This document shows, piece by piece, positions 8,946-19,089 of a stretch of DNA of 64,000 bases (position 1 is the stretch's first letter; each line of letters opens with the position of its first letter). The translations under genes and the position numbers were made by a program. Source of the DNA: a virus; IMG/VR virus record IMGVR_UViG_3300025769_000090, positions 1 to 64,000 of that record. One strand, written 5' to 3'. The notes under the pieces are model-generated. The model was given only the letters and a program-made list of their open reading frames with translations. It made no database searches and was not told the DNA's origin.

Positions 8946-10091
8946 ATGGTCAATATTGACGCTTTATTAAACGAATGGGCGTACAGATGTAAGAAGGGCT
9001 ATCCTGATATGGATAGCCCCTCTGATCTTCGTGTGTTAAATACCATTCTACAAGAACAGGGGATTTCATTATCAGAAACCCAAGAACCAGTTATAGTTGA
9101 ACAAGAGGAAGAAGGACCTAGTAAAAAAGAACTTATTGACCTAATTAATAAAAGTGATTTAAGCCCTAAAGCCCTAACTCGAATTATTAAAGTAGTTAAA
9201 GGTACTGGTTTCCGCACTAAAACAAAAGATCTTTTATCTAAAAATGGTTATACAGAAAAAGACTTTAAGAGTGGTGATGCTGATATAGATCGTATATTAA
9301 GTACTATTACTAATAGTGAGGTAGATGAATTATTTAAATATTTAGAAAATCCTAAAGCATTATCAAGTTTTCCCTCTAGAGGAAATATAATTAGTCAATT
9401 GGGTATTTCATCTAATTTAGCAAAAGATTTAATGGGTATTGAAGGAATTGATGAAGGTGGATCAAATATAGGTAAAATAGAAATATTTTTGGCTCTAGTT
9501 CTTAGCGATGTTGATAATAGAAAAGGAGGAGGTGATTTAAATTGGAATAGTGTAGGTAATTTAGAAATTAAAGGTGCTGGGGGTAGAGCAGGCCAACAAG
9601 GTGGTAGAGGGAATTATGTAAATGGGCAGAATAGAATAGCTGATAAATTTATACCAGAGGGAGAAGCCAGAGAAGAATTTGAATCAGGAGGTGAAAATGT
9701 TTATATGAATTATTGTTTGAAAAATGGCTTTGATTACGTTACTAAAAATAATGGTGATGTTAAAGGGTATATAAGTTTTACCCAAAAATTATTAGATGAA
9801 GCATTCTTTGATAAAGGATTAGCTAAAAAATATTTTAGTAAAACTGAAGATTTTAGAGACCTAGCTGTCATGAGGAATAAAATATTTAAATTAAATATAG
9901 AAGCATACGCTGAAAAAACTAATGTTGATGCTTTTATGTTCGCTAGTGCTAAAACAGGTGAATATGCTCTTATTAATATAGATAAAGTTGGAGAAGCCAT
10001 TGATCAGGGAATAATTAGGACCACAGTAGATCCTAAAAAGGGTTATATGTGGAATAACCCCAATCCTAATATTTACTTAAGTAAAAAATAA
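8946..10091 (+). CDS. Putative PD-(D/E)xK nuclease-like protein with head-protein-type N-terminal leader
   Basis: GKIE...GGGDL...LEIKG matches E..D..ExK; leader LLNE...ILQE...LSE...IVE. Confidence 0.5.
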   Translation: MVNIDALLNEWAYRCKKGYPDMDSPSDLRVLNTILQEQGISLSETQEPVIVEQEEEGPSKKELIDLINKSDLSPKALTRIIKVVKGTGFRTKTKDLLSKNGYTEKDFKSGDADIDRILSTITNSEVDELFKYLENPKALSSFPSRGNIISQLGISSNLAKDLMGIEGIDEGGSNIGKIEIFLALVLSDVDNRKGGGDLNWNSVGNLEIKGAGGRAGQQGGRGNYVNGQNRIADKFIPEGEAREEFESGGENVYMNYCLKNGFDYVTKNNGDVKGYISFTQKLLDEAFFDKGLAKKYFSKTEDFRDLAVMRNKIFKLNIEAYAEKTNVDAFMFASAKTGEYALINIDKVGEAIDQGIIRTTVDPKKGYMWNNPNPNIYLSKK

Positions 10092-10121
10092 TTTGGCTTT
10101 TCAGATTCTTGTCTGTATCTT
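10092..10121 (+). promoter_or_regulatory. Host-type promoter TTTGG-N17-TGTATCTT
   Basis: Recurrent motif with fixed spacing. Confidence 0.6.
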
Positions 10122-10177
10122 CCCTTACTGTAGGGGGGTAAGGGTAAGGGTCGCAACGGATCGCACAGTCGCACATT

Positions 10178-10459
10178 ATGTCATTAAGCAGTTTCTTCGA
10201 TACATTGGGTACAGAGGCGCAATTCGACGCCTGGCAGGATAGTATTCACCAAAAATTAATTCACCTCAAAAACACCCTCCCTACAGAAAATATGGAAGAG
10301 CGTTTATTTGTGGGAGAAACCATAGAGTTTTTATTATCCCTCACACTTTTAGACCCAAATTATTTAGCTAATACCACATACAGTGGTGAAAATAAAAAAC
10401 ATCTTACTGAAAGATTAAAAAAGTGTAATTCTTTTTACATAAAATTTGGAAAACGCTAA
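10178..10459 (+). CDS. Hypothetical protein
   Basis: ORF downstream of promoter motif; no recognisable domain. Confidence 0.6.
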   Translation: MSLSSFFDTLGTEAQFDAWQDSIHQKLIHLKNTLPTENMEERLFVGETIEFLLSLTLLDPNYLANTTYSGENKKHLTERLKKCNSFYIKFGKR

Positions 10460-10474
10460 AGTTTTTCGTATATT
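10445..10474 (+). promoter_or_regulatory. Host-type promoter TTTGG-N17-CGTATATT
   Basis: Recurrent motif; precedes the unit containing the sigma factor. Confidence 0.6.
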
Positions 10475-10491
10475 AAACAAAAATTTTAAAA

Positions 10492-10701
10492 ATGGCTTAT
10501 AAACAACAATTACAAACAGCTCTTGATCGCCTTGATCAGGGATTAGCACGTGTGCATAGTATGGTTAAGCGTGGTAAAAATGCCGACGCTACCCACTATA
10601 TGGAAAATGATTTAAAAGATCTATATGATGAACTCGAAAATATAATTAATATTGTGCCCGAGAAAGATCAATCACGTGTAGGATTTTTAGGAGGACGATA
10701 A
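10492..10701 (+). CDS. Hypothetical protein
   Basis: ORF coupled to the next gene by TAATG. Confidence 0.65.
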   Translation: MAYKQQLQTALDRLDQGLARVHSMVKRGKNADATHYMENDLKDLYDELENIINIVPEKDQSRVGFLGGR

Positions 10702-11489
10702 TGATTGGAGCAGAACAAATAAAAATTAATTTCGAAAATTTTAATGAAGTTTTAGGAGCTAATTTTGAAGGGGAACGTTTGGAAAAACTCCAAACTTTAA
10801 TCGAATGTCTTAAAGAACGTATGATGTTAGCTCCGGCTTCATCTAAAGATTGGTTTAATAATGCTTTCCCGGGTGGTTATCTTGACCATGTTTTACGTGT
10901 AAATAAGATTGCTAATCAACTCCATAAATTATACGATTTTCACGGAGCAACAGAATCTTATACTACTGAAGAACTTAACTTTGTATCCTTATTTTGCCAA
11001 TTAGGTAAATTAGGAGATTGGGATCATGAATATTTTACTAAAAACGATTCTGATTGGCATGTTAAAAATCTTGGTATGGTATATAAATTTAATGAACATG
11101 TGCCCGCAATGAAGGTATATGATCGTACAATATATCTCCTACAAGATGCTGGTATTAAAATTTCACATAACGAATACTTAGCTATTCGCAATCAAGAGGG
11201 GTTATTTGATGAAAGTAATAAATTTTATTTCTACAGTGGTCAAAAAGAAACTAAATTCCGCAACCACCTTCCCTTACTCATCCACCAAGCTATTCAAACA
11301 TCCCAAGAAATTGAATACCAAATTTGGAGTTCGGAAAAACCGGTTATACAACAATCGGTGAAACCCGCTAATGCTTCCAAAGCAGATAAATCAATAAGGA
11401 AAGCTAAAGCGATTAACCCAGAAAATAATCCTAATTTTAACGAAAAAACTAAATCAATCATTGATTCATTTTTTAATACTGACGAATAA
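10701..11489 (+). CDS. HD-domain (YhaM/Cbf1-like) protein with degenerate metal ligands
   Basis: PAS...AFPGGYLDHV...LFCQLGKLG...IRNQEGL...IHQAI follows the family pattern but HD is replaced by CQ. Confidence 0.7.
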   Translation: MIGAEQIKINFENFNEVLGANFEGERLEKLQTLIECLKERMMLAPASSKDWFNNAFPGGYLDHVLRVNKIANQLHKLYDFHGATESYTTEELNFVSLFCQLGKLGDWDHEYFTKNDSDWHVKNLGMVYKFNEHVPAMKVYDRTIYLLQDAGIKISHNEYLAIRNQEGLFDESNKFYFYSGQKETKFRNHLPLLIHQAIQTSQEIEYQIWSSEKPVIQQSVKPANASKADKSIRKAKAINPENNPNFNEKTKSIIDSFFNTDE

Positions 11490-11737
11490 TGGAAATTATA
11501 ATAAGCATATTATTAGCACTATTAATAGTAGCGGGATTTGCACTTCGTAATATGATTAAAAAAAATGAAGAATTAGAAGACTTCATAATTAAACAAAGTG
11601 AAGCTATTGATATGTGTGATCAAAGATTAAAGCAAATAGACGATAAAGGTTTTTTTGCTACCGACGATGAAATAGGTTGGTTTTTTACCGAAGTTAGGAA
11701 GATACAGGAGGCTATAAATGAATTCCGCCTCCGCTAA
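11489..11737 (+). CDS. Small membrane-anchored hypothetical protein
   Basis: N-terminal TM IIISILLALLIVAGFAL; DDEIGWFF motif. Confidence 0.7.
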   Translation: MEIIISILLALLIVAGFALRNMIKKNEELEDFIIKQSEAIDMCDQRLKQIDDKGFFATDDEIGWFFTEVRKIQEAINEFRLR

Positions 11738-11741
11738 TTAA

Positions 11742-12449
11742 ATGGCTAAAAAAAGAGGACGCAAAAGTAAAAGACAATATTTTACAGAAGATACAGAGCA
11801 CGCAATAATAGAATATCTAGCGAGCGAAGATCAAGCAGAGAGAAATCGGATTTATAATTCACGAATTCATCATTCGTTTTATAAGTTAGCCGAAAATCTT
11901 ATTCATACATTTAAATTTTATTACACTGAAGTGGATGACCTCGAGGATTTAAAACACGAGGTTATCTGCTTCCTACTCGAGAAACTTCATTACTTTAAAG
12001 CAGGTAAGGGTAAAGCGTTCTCATATTTCAGTATTGTAGGTAAAAATTACCTTATACTTTATAATAATAAAAATTACGCTAAAAAGAAAATTAAGGCTGA
12101 TTTAATGGATGTGGATACTGATGATAATATTCTAAATGAATTTGATCGTCAAGTAGTTAGAGGTGAAAAAGTTGAGTTTTTAGACTTATTTATAGCATAT
12201 ATGGATGTAAAAATGCACCGTATGTTTAAAAAAGATGCTGAAATAAAAGTTTCAGATGCCGTTTTAACTATATTTAAAAAAAGAGAACAACTTGAAATCT
12301 TTAATAAAAAAGCAATTTACATTTTTATTAGAGAAATTACAGGTGAAGAAACTCCAGTTATAACTAAGGTAGTAAAAAAAATGAAAGGCGAATACCAGAA
12401 ATGTTATTCCAAATACCTTGAAACTGGATATATTTATAATCATGAGTAA
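11742..12449 (+). CDS. gp55: T4 gp55-like late-transcription sigma factor
   Basis: YF...YKLAENL...F.Y...DL..E...F...KAFSYFSIVGKNYL resembles the gp55 region-2 pattern. Confidence 0.65.
   Translation: MAKKRGRKSKRQYFTEDTEHAIIEYLASEDQAERNRIYNSRIHHSFYKLAENLIHTFKFYYTEVDDLEDLKHEVICFLLEKLHYFKAGKGKAFSYFSIVGKNYLILYNNKNYAKKKIKADLMDVDTDDNILNEFDRQVVRGEKVEFLDLFIAYMDVKMHRMFKKDAEIKVSDAVLTIFKKREQLEIFNKKAIYIFIREITGEETPVITKVVKKMKGEYQKCYSKYLETGYIYNHE
12431..12438 (+). promoter_or_regulatory. Putative late promoter TATTTATA
   Basis: Recurrent motif immediately before ATG 12442 at the start of the baseplate block. Confidence 0.45.
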
Positions 12450-12795
12450 CCCTCTTGATACAGTAATATTTGACGGTAAAACATCATCCGATGTATTTAA
12501 GGAAATTTATAATAACAGTAAGAAAAAGGATAAACAAATAAGTGCCTTAATAGCTGAATTAAAACCTTTAATACAAAACATAGGTGATGCACCTGTAGTT
12601 GTCCCACTTATTAAAGAATACCTTGAAATTGGTGTAAAGAATGACGAACATTTAATTAAAATGATGGCTGTCATTCAAAGATTAAATAATAATGCTGCTT
12701 CTAACGGTGGGGATTCATTACTCACTGATGAAGAACTTAAACAGTTACAAGCAATAGCTGAAGAAGTAGCAAAAGATGAGTCTAAGACAAAATAA
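12442..12795 (+). CDS. Helical hypothetical protein (possibly small-terminase-like)
   Basis: ATG 12442 (MSNPLD) preferred over 12418; function is a guess from size and helicity. Confidence 0.6.
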   Translation: MSNPLDTVIFDGKTSSDVFKEIYNNSKKKDKQISALIAELKPLIQNIGDAPVVVPLIKEYLEIGVKNDEHLIKMMAVIQRLNNNAASNGGDSLLTDEELKQLQAIAEEVAKDESKTK

Positions 12796-13942
12796 AAATT
12801 ATGGATTTAGAGTGGGGGGTACTAGTACTCCTAAACCCTTGAAAAAAACTAAAAGGGTAGCGGATATTATTCTAAACCCAAATCACCCCAAATATACAGG
12901 TCCTGATAGTATTGGTACTATATTTTTTTCAGATGAAAATTCCCAAGAAATCACAGCTGACGTATATTCACTCCCTATTGCTAAACCTATTAGTAGAAAC
13001 AACTATACAGCCCCTTTAATTGGTGAAGTTGTAGAAGTTATTCAATCCATTTCAGGGGATTATTACAAAGATTTAGGTGGAAGGCGTAATAATAAATCTT
13101 ATTATTATTACCCCCCGTTAAATATTCATAATAATACTACTAATAATGCTTTACCTGTAGCAATACAAATTCCTCGTTCTACAATAAATCCCACAGGTGT
13201 TTCATTTAATGATTCTAATTTTTCTTTAAAAACCGAATTTACAAATATTAGTTTACAAGCTGTTGAAAGAGATTTAGATAATTACCTAAGAGATTTAGGT
13301 TATCCTTCAGGTAGAAAAGATCAGCGAGCACCCAAATATAAATTATCTAAGTTAAATAACGGAAGTTATAGCTTTATTTTAAGTGATTCTAGTGGTGAAA
13401 ATTCATCAAGGTTAGGGGATTATTTTGAAGAAAATAACAACCAACAACCTCTCACCCCTACAGAAGGGGATCAAATATACGAAGGTAGATCAGGTCAGCG
13501 TATCAGATTTACTAGTACAGGTCCTGATGGTACTAATTCAATTAGTGATGGTGCTACACAGGTTGAAGATGGCAATTCTACTGTAGGGGATCCTGCTATA
13601 CTTTTAAGTTTGGGAGAAGATCCTTCGGAAAACATCAATACAGATCAAGGATCATTTTATGTATTATCTAACCATAAAATATCTATAGACGTAATTTGTA
13701 AAAATATTGATTCACTCAACTCCAAATATACAGAATTAGCAAATCCTTTAACACAAATAGCCGCACCCGCTCCTATTATATTACCTGAAGAACCCATATC
13801 TACAACTCCTGATATAGATTATAATAATTTGGATCCTGTAGATGATACCCAAATTTCGTTATCTTTAACGACCCCAAATCCACAAATTAATGATCCTCTG
13901 TTTGATGATTTAAATCAAACCCAAGACGAATCTATTTTATAA
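12776..13942 (+). CDS. Baseplate hub/spike gp5-like protein, N-terminal part
   Basis: OB-fold-like PLIGEVVEVI; EGDQIYEGRSGQRIRF; position before gp25- and gp6-like genes. Confidence 0.5.
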   Translation: MSLRQNKNYGFRVGGTSTPKPLKKTKRVADIILNPNHPKYTGPDSIGTIFFSDENSQEITADVYSLPIAKPISRNNYTAPLIGEVVEVIQSISGDYYKDLGGRRNNKSYYYYPPLNIHNNTTNNALPVAIQIPRSTINPTGVSFNDSNFSLKTEFTNISLQAVERDLDNYLRDLGYPSGRKDQRAPKYKLSKLNNGSYSFILSDSSGENSSRLGDYFEENNNQQPLTPTEGDQIYEGRSGQRIRFTSTGPDGTNSISDGATQVEDGNSTVGDPAILLSLGEDPSENINTDQGSFYVLSNHKISIDVICKNIDSLNSKYTELANPLTQIAAPAPIILPEEPISTTPDIDYNNLDPVDDTQISLSLTTPNPQINDPLFDDLNQTQDESIL

Positions 13943-13950
13943 TATAAACT

Positions 13951-14388
13951 ATGGCTACTGAATTTATACAAGAAGATTTATTTGTAGGAAAACAAATTCT
14001 AATTGATAGTGATCGATTAGTATTTAATAGTAAAAAAGATTCTATACTATCTAGTGATAGTTTAATCCTTTTTAAAACTAACGGCGAATTTCATATTAAT
14101 ACTGGAAAAGATTCATTTATTAACACTCCCAAAATATTTATAGGCCCCGTTATAAATGGTGAAACCCCTAATATTCCAGCAGTAAAAAGCGATTCATTAA
14201 AAACCATTCTATCTGATTTGCTAAGTTCTTTAGAGGCCTTTTTTACAGTATCATACCCACAAACTTCGGGATTATCAGGCCCTAATCCAGCAGCAAATCA
14301 ATTATTAAGCCAATCAATAATTAATAATTTAAAGAGGATAGAAGCCAAATTAGACGGTATAGATAGTGAAAATGTATTCATCAGATGA
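13951..14388 (+). CDS. Baseplate spike C-terminal-like protein
   Basis: Short beta repeats QILIDSDRLVFNSKKDSIL...FHINT...FINTPKIFIG. Confidence 0.45.
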   Translation: MATEFIQEDLFVGKQILIDSDRLVFNSKKDSILSSDSLILFKTNGEFHINTGKDSFINTPKIFIGPVINGETPNIPAVKSDSLKTILSDLLSSLEAFFTVSYPQTSGLSGPNPAANQLLSQSIINNLKRIEAKLDGIDSENVFIR

Positions 14389-15209
14389 TTGAAAATTTAT
14401 TTAATAATAATATTAATTCATTAACTGAAACTTTATTCCAAAGTAAGGATCAGATACTAGCTTCGGCTCAAAAAAGGGACCAAGAAGGAGCTTTAAAAAA
14501 AGTCCCTACCCCTGACCAATTCGAAACAGAATTAAAAGGATATATAACAGATAATGTTACCCCTTCACAGTTAGTAGAAATAGAAAATAAACTTAATAAA
14601 GCAATTAATTTAATAGAAAAAGCAATCTCAAAATTAAAAGCTATTAAAAAACCCTTAGATCAAATTAGAAATAAAATTTCGAATATAGAAGCTAAATTAT
14701 CTTTTTTAAACGAAATATCAGGAATGGTTTCAGAAATTACATCCTTTATTAACCCCTTAATTTCTATCATAGATGGACTTTTAGTAGCTAATTCTGGCCC
14801 TGCAGCTAATGGGGCTACCATTAATAAGTTAGGAGAACAGAAAAAAGAAATTAAAAACCTTATAAAAAGAGGATCAAATACTGCTAATAGTATTTCCTCG
14901 GTCCAGGGATTTTTCTTTAAAGAAATCGATAAATTAATAACTCCTTTAGATGATGGGATATCTAGCCTTAACGAGGCCATTGAATTTTTAGAAAACTTAT
15001 TACTTAGATTCCAATCTATTTGGGGAGATTTCTTAACCCAAACCCTATCTAATATTAATCTTGAAAATACAGAATATGAAAATATAGATTTTACTACATA
15101 TCTTGAAAATAAAGAAGATAATACTAGTGATATTATATCTGACTTAATAGGTATTAATGAAGGTAATATAAGTACTGGTAACTTAGCGTTTAAAAGATTT
15201 AAAATTTAA
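14385..15209 (+). CDS. Coiled-coil hypothetical (structural) protein
   Basis: Long heptad helices; located in the baseplate block. Confidence 0.65.
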   Translation: MIENLFNNNINSLTETLFQSKDQILASAQKRDQEGALKKVPTPDQFETELKGYITDNVTPSQLVEIENKLNKAINLIEKAISKLKAIKKPLDQIRNKISNIEAKLSFLNEISGMVSEITSFINPLISIIDGLLVANSGPAANGATINKLGEQKKEIKNLIKRGSNTANSISSVQGFFFKEIDKLITPLDDGISSLNEAIEFLENLLLRFQSIWGDFLTQTLSNINLENTEYENIDFTTYLENKEDNTSDIISDLIGINEGNISTGNLAFKRFKI

Positions 15210-15228
15210 TATTTATTAAAAACTAATA

Positions 15229-15594
15229 GTGATGAAATTAAATTCATTTGAAAAAATAATTAGAAAAGTTGTGCGTGAGGAAATAGATTATGCCTTAAGG
15301 CGTGAAATTGCACTACTAAAAGAAGAATTAACTCCTCAACCCCAACAACGTATAGTTGAATCCCAATCAAACCCTCAAGAAGTTGAAGATTTTAGATCAA
15401 AATTAAGAGCACAAATGCCCCCACCTAATTTTAATACGGGTAATGATACTCTTAATTCACTTTTATCTGAAACTGCTACGGCACCTAACCCAGAACAAAC
15501 ATTTGCAGCTAACGATCCTGTAAATCAGTTTATAAACAAAGATTATAGTCAATTAATGACTGCTATCGATAAAAAGAAAGAATTTAGACCCTAA
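15229..15594 (+). CDS. Hypothetical protein with KIIRKVVREEI leader
   Basis: Preceded by TATTTATT at 15210; leader resembles those of other head-associated proteins; start may be ATG 15232. Confidence 0.65.
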   Translation: MMKLNSFEKIIRKVVREEIDYALRREIALLKEELTPQPQQRIVESQSNPQEVEDFRSKLRAQMPPPNFNTGNDTLNSLLSETATAPNPEQTFAANDPVNQFINKDYSQLMTAIDKKKEFRP

Positions 15595-16040
15595 TGGCAA
15601 TACGACTTCGGAACCCTATTAAGATCGACCCTGTAGATGTAAAAGATAAATCTGCAGTAGGGGTTCGTTTACCTTTTGGTTCAAGGAAAAATGTATTCAC
15701 CTTAGATTACACCACAAGAAGTCATGCTAAATCTAAATTAACTAATCTATTATTAACTTCCCCTGGTGAAAGAATTAATCAACCATTTTTCGGTGCAGGG
15801 TTAAAAAATAGATTATTTGAACAACAAACCGAAATATCTGAAGGGGAATTAAGGGATTATATAACCCCACAAGTTAAACGATATATCCCTGAAATAAAAA
15901 TAAATGATATAGAATTAAAAAAGGGAGGTTTACAAGGACATCAATTATTTGTCACTGTAAACTATTCATTAGTTAATAATGATGAAGAAGAATCAATAAC
16001 CCTTAGTTTCACTGACACTAATTTTGAATCTAATTACTAA
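15594..16040 (+). CDS. gp25: Baseplate wedge protein, gp25/GPW-like
   Basis: NLLLTSPGERINQPFFGAGLKNRLFE...YIPEI signature. Confidence 0.85.
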   Translation: MAIRLRNPIKIDPVDVKDKSAVGVRLPFGSRKNVFTLDYTTRSHAKSKLTNLLLTSPGERINQPFFGAGLKNRLFEQQTEISEGELRDYITPQVKRYIPEIKINDIELKKGGLQGHQLFVTVNYSLVNNDEEESITLSFTDTNFESNY

Positions 16041-17923
16041 TGGCATATATAGACGGAAATACTGGTAATAAAACTATAAATTACCTTAACAAGGATTTTA
16101 ACGACTTCAAAGAAGCCTTAATTAATATGGCTGAAGTTTACTACCCAGATATATCTAATGATTTTTCTGAGGGTAGTCCAGGTACTATGTTTATAGAAAT
16201 GGCATCTTACATAGGTGATGTATTATCATTTTATACGGATGCTCAACTTCAAGAAACTTTTTTGGAATATGCCCAAGAAAGAGAAAATATATATGCCCTA
16301 GCATATACTTTAGGGTATACTCCTGCTGTTACTAATCCTTCGGTTGTAGATTTAGAGATTTTCCAACAAATCCCAGCAAAAACCACAGATGATACCCCAG
16401 ATTATGATTATGCTCTAAGGATAGAAAAAAACTCTACCTTTTTACCCAACAATAGTAGTGGTGTTAGTTTTATTATTCAAGATGACGTAAATTTTGCATT
16501 CAGTTCTTCCTCAGATCCCACTGAACAAACTGTATATGCTACAGTAGCTGGTGGAACTCAACCCGATACTTACTTACTTAAAAAAACTGTAAAAGCTATT
16601 AGTGCCGAAATCAGAACCAAAACTTTTACTATAGGAGTAGCCGAAAGATTTAAAACCCTTTCTTTAGACGACTCTAATATTATAGGAATCCAATCAATCA
16701 CAGATAGTAATAATAACGAATATACTGAAGTCCCTTACTTAGCACAGGAAACAGTATTTGAAGAAGTACCTAACACAGAAGCTAATGACCCTGATTTAAA
16801 TCAGTACAATGGCCAAGTACCCTTTTTACTTAGAACTAAAAAAGTATCAAAACGATTTGTTAGTAGATTTAAATCTAATAATCGTTTAGAAATTCATTTT
16901 GGGGCAGGTGCAACAAGTGGAGATGATACTACAATTATCCCTAATCCAGATAATGTAGGATTAGGAATTAGGGATGGTAGATCATTATTAGATAAATCAT
17001 TTGACCCCTCAAACTTCCTATATACTAAAACTTATGGAGAAGTTCCTTCAAATACTACACTTACTGTAAGATACCTCACAGGTGGTGGAATTAAATCAAA
17101 TACTGGAGCAAATACTATAAATAGATTAGGCAGTGTTATTTCAATAGCCCGTAGAGGAAATTTAAACGCAGGATTATTAACTAGTGCTAGGGATTCTATA
17201 GCGTGTAATAATCCTAAACCTGCCACAGGTGGAGGATCTGGAGATACTCTACAGGATATTAAGTTAAATGCTGCTGCTAATTTTGCTTCTCAAAAACGAA
17301 CAGTAACTAAAGAAGATTATATATTCAGAACTTTAGTAATGCCACCCCAATTTGGTAAAGTAGCTAAAGCATATATAGCACAAGATACCCAAATATCACT
17401 TGATACTAGTAAAAGAATAGCTAACCCTAATGCATTAAACTTATATACCCTGGGTTTTGACATTAACGGCAAATTAACTAATTTATCAGAAGCTGCTAAA
17501 ATTAATTTAGCAACCTATCTAGAACAATTCAGAATGCTTACTGATGCAATTAATATTAAAAATGCTTCTGTAATTAATTTTACGGTTAACTTTGATATTT
17601 CTACTAGACGTGGGTATTCGGGTGATAGAGTATTACTAACGTGTATTAACGCGTTAAGACGTGAATTAAGTACGGATAATCGCCAAATCAACCAACCTAT
17701 TAACCTAGGAGATATTAATAGTCTTCTTTATACTATTGATGGGGTCCGAACGGTAAATAATTTAGAATTTAAAAACGTATTTGGTGAAGATAAAGGATAT
17801 TCTAAGTTTAAATACAACTTTGAAGCAGCTACTAAAAATGGAAACATATATCCTTCACTTGACCCCAGTATTTTTGAACTAAAATATCCCAACACTGACA
17901 TAATAGGCAGAGTAACAAGATAA
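16040..17923 (+). CDS. gp6: Baseplate wedge subunit, T4 gp6-like
   Basis: YLNKDF...DF...GTMFIEMASYIGDVLSFYTD...ETFL..A; ATGG...D...FASQKRTVTKEDY. Confidence 0.85.
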   Translation: MAYIDGNTGNKTINYLNKDFNDFKEALINMAEVYYPDISNDFSEGSPGTMFIEMASYIGDVLSFYTDAQLQETFLEYAQERENIYALAYTLGYTPAVTNPSVVDLEIFQQIPAKTTDDTPDYDYALRIEKNSTFLPNNSSGVSFIIQDDVNFAFSSSSDPTEQTVYATVAGGTQPDTYLLKKTVKAISAEIRTKTFTIGVAERFKTLSLDDSNIIGIQSITDSNNNEYTEVPYLAQETVFEEVPNTEANDPDLNQYNGQVPFLLRTKKVSKRFVSRFKSNNRLEIHFGAGATSGDDTTIIPNPDNVGLGIRDGRSLLDKSFDPSNFLYTKTYGEVPSNTTLTVRYLTGGGIKSNTGANTINRLGSVISIARRGNLNAGLLTSARDSIACNNPKPATGGGSGDTLQDIKLNAAANFASQKRTVTKEDYIFRTLVMPPQFGKVAKAYIAQDTQISLDTSKRIANPNALNLYTLGFDINGKLTNLSEAAKINLATYLEQFRMLTDAINIKNASVINFTVNFDISTRRGYSGDRVLLTCINALRRELSTDNRQINQPINLGDINSLLYTIDGVRTVNNLEFKNVFGEDKGYSKFKYNFEAATKNGNIYPSLDPSIFELKYPNTDIIGRVTR

Positions 17924-17925
17924 CA

Positions 17926-19089
17926 ATGGCACACTATTTTATTTTTCCCGAAAAAGATGCGACAATATACTCGCACCCTACTAATCAATCTCTTAACACA
18001 GGGATAGATGAAATATTAACTTTAAGAGATATAGCCTCAAACACAGACTTAAATTATTATCCTAGTAGATTTTTAATTCAATTTAAGACTAAAGACTTTG
18101 TAGACGTAATTAATAATAAAGTAGGAAATAAAAACTTAATTACTGCTAGTTTAAAAGCTTATCAAACTGAACATAGAGAATTAATAGGTGATCAACACTT
18201 AGAAATCTACCCATTAGCTGAAAGCTGGGTAAATGGAACTGGTAGACTTTCAAACACTCCCCAAACTACAAATGGTGTATCTTGGAAATTTAGAGATGGA
18301 AGTGATAACTCATTTTCTAATACATTCGGCACAGCTTGGACTACGAGTAGCTTTACCGCGGGCACCACAGGTAGTTTTATAAGTGATGCTAAAGGGGGTG
18401 GTGTCTGGTATACTGGATCTGGTTTTGAAGTTGAAAGAACATATGGGTTTAACGATGAAATAGATATATCTTTAGATATATCTACCCCAGTTTTAAAACA
18501 CTATAGTGCTAGCAATGATTCTGCTGTTTACCCTTCTGGTATAACTAATAATGGTTTTTTAATCAAACGTTCGGGCTCCCAAGAATTCACAGCTAAAGAT
18601 GAAGGAGAGTTAAATTTCTTCTCCATGGACACCCACACCATATACCCACCTTATTTAGATATAGCGTGGGATGATTCATCGTATGATACAGGATCTGCTA
18701 CAAGCGATAAGATCTTAAACACAGGTGAAGTTTATGTTACCCTAAGAAACAATAAAGCAGAATATAAAACTATAGAAGAACCTAAATTTAGACTTAATGT
18801 TAGAGAATTATACCCTACACGTAGGTTTACTACTTCTTCAAACTATTTAGATGTAAAATACTTTACTAGTAAATCATTCTATTCATTAGTTGATTATGCC
18901 ACAGAAGAAACTATTATACCATTTGGTCCAACTTCTAAATTAAGTGCTGATTCTGAAGGTATGTATTTCAAAATGTATATGAATGGTCTTCAAGAGGAAA
19001 GATACTATAAGTTACTTTTCAAACACGAAAATGAAGACGGTATTAGAGTATACGATGAAAACTACTACTTTAAAATCACTAGATCATAA
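17926..19089 (+). CDS. Virion structural protein (baseplate region)
   Basis: KDATIYS...NTGIDEIL...W..GTG beta-rich fold; located in the baseplate block. Confidence 0.6.
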   Translation: MAHYFIFPEKDATIYSHPTNQSLNTGIDEILTLRDIASNTDLNYYPSRFLIQFKTKDFVDVINNKVGNKNLITASLKAYQTEHRELIGDQHLEIYPLAESWVNGTGRLSNTPQTTNGVSWKFRDGSDNSFSNTFGTAWTTSSFTAGTTGSFISDAKGGGVWYTGSGFEVERTYGFNDEIDISLDISTPVLKHYSASNDSAVYPSGITNNGFLIKRSGSQEFTAKDEGELNFFSMDTHTIYPPYLDIAWDDSSYDTGSATSDKILNTGEVYVTLRNNKAEYKTIEEPKFRLNVRELYPTRRFTTSSNYLDVKYFTSKSFYSLVDYATEETIIPFGPTSKLSADSEGMYFKMYMNGLQEERYYKLLFKHENEDGIRVYDENYYFKITRS

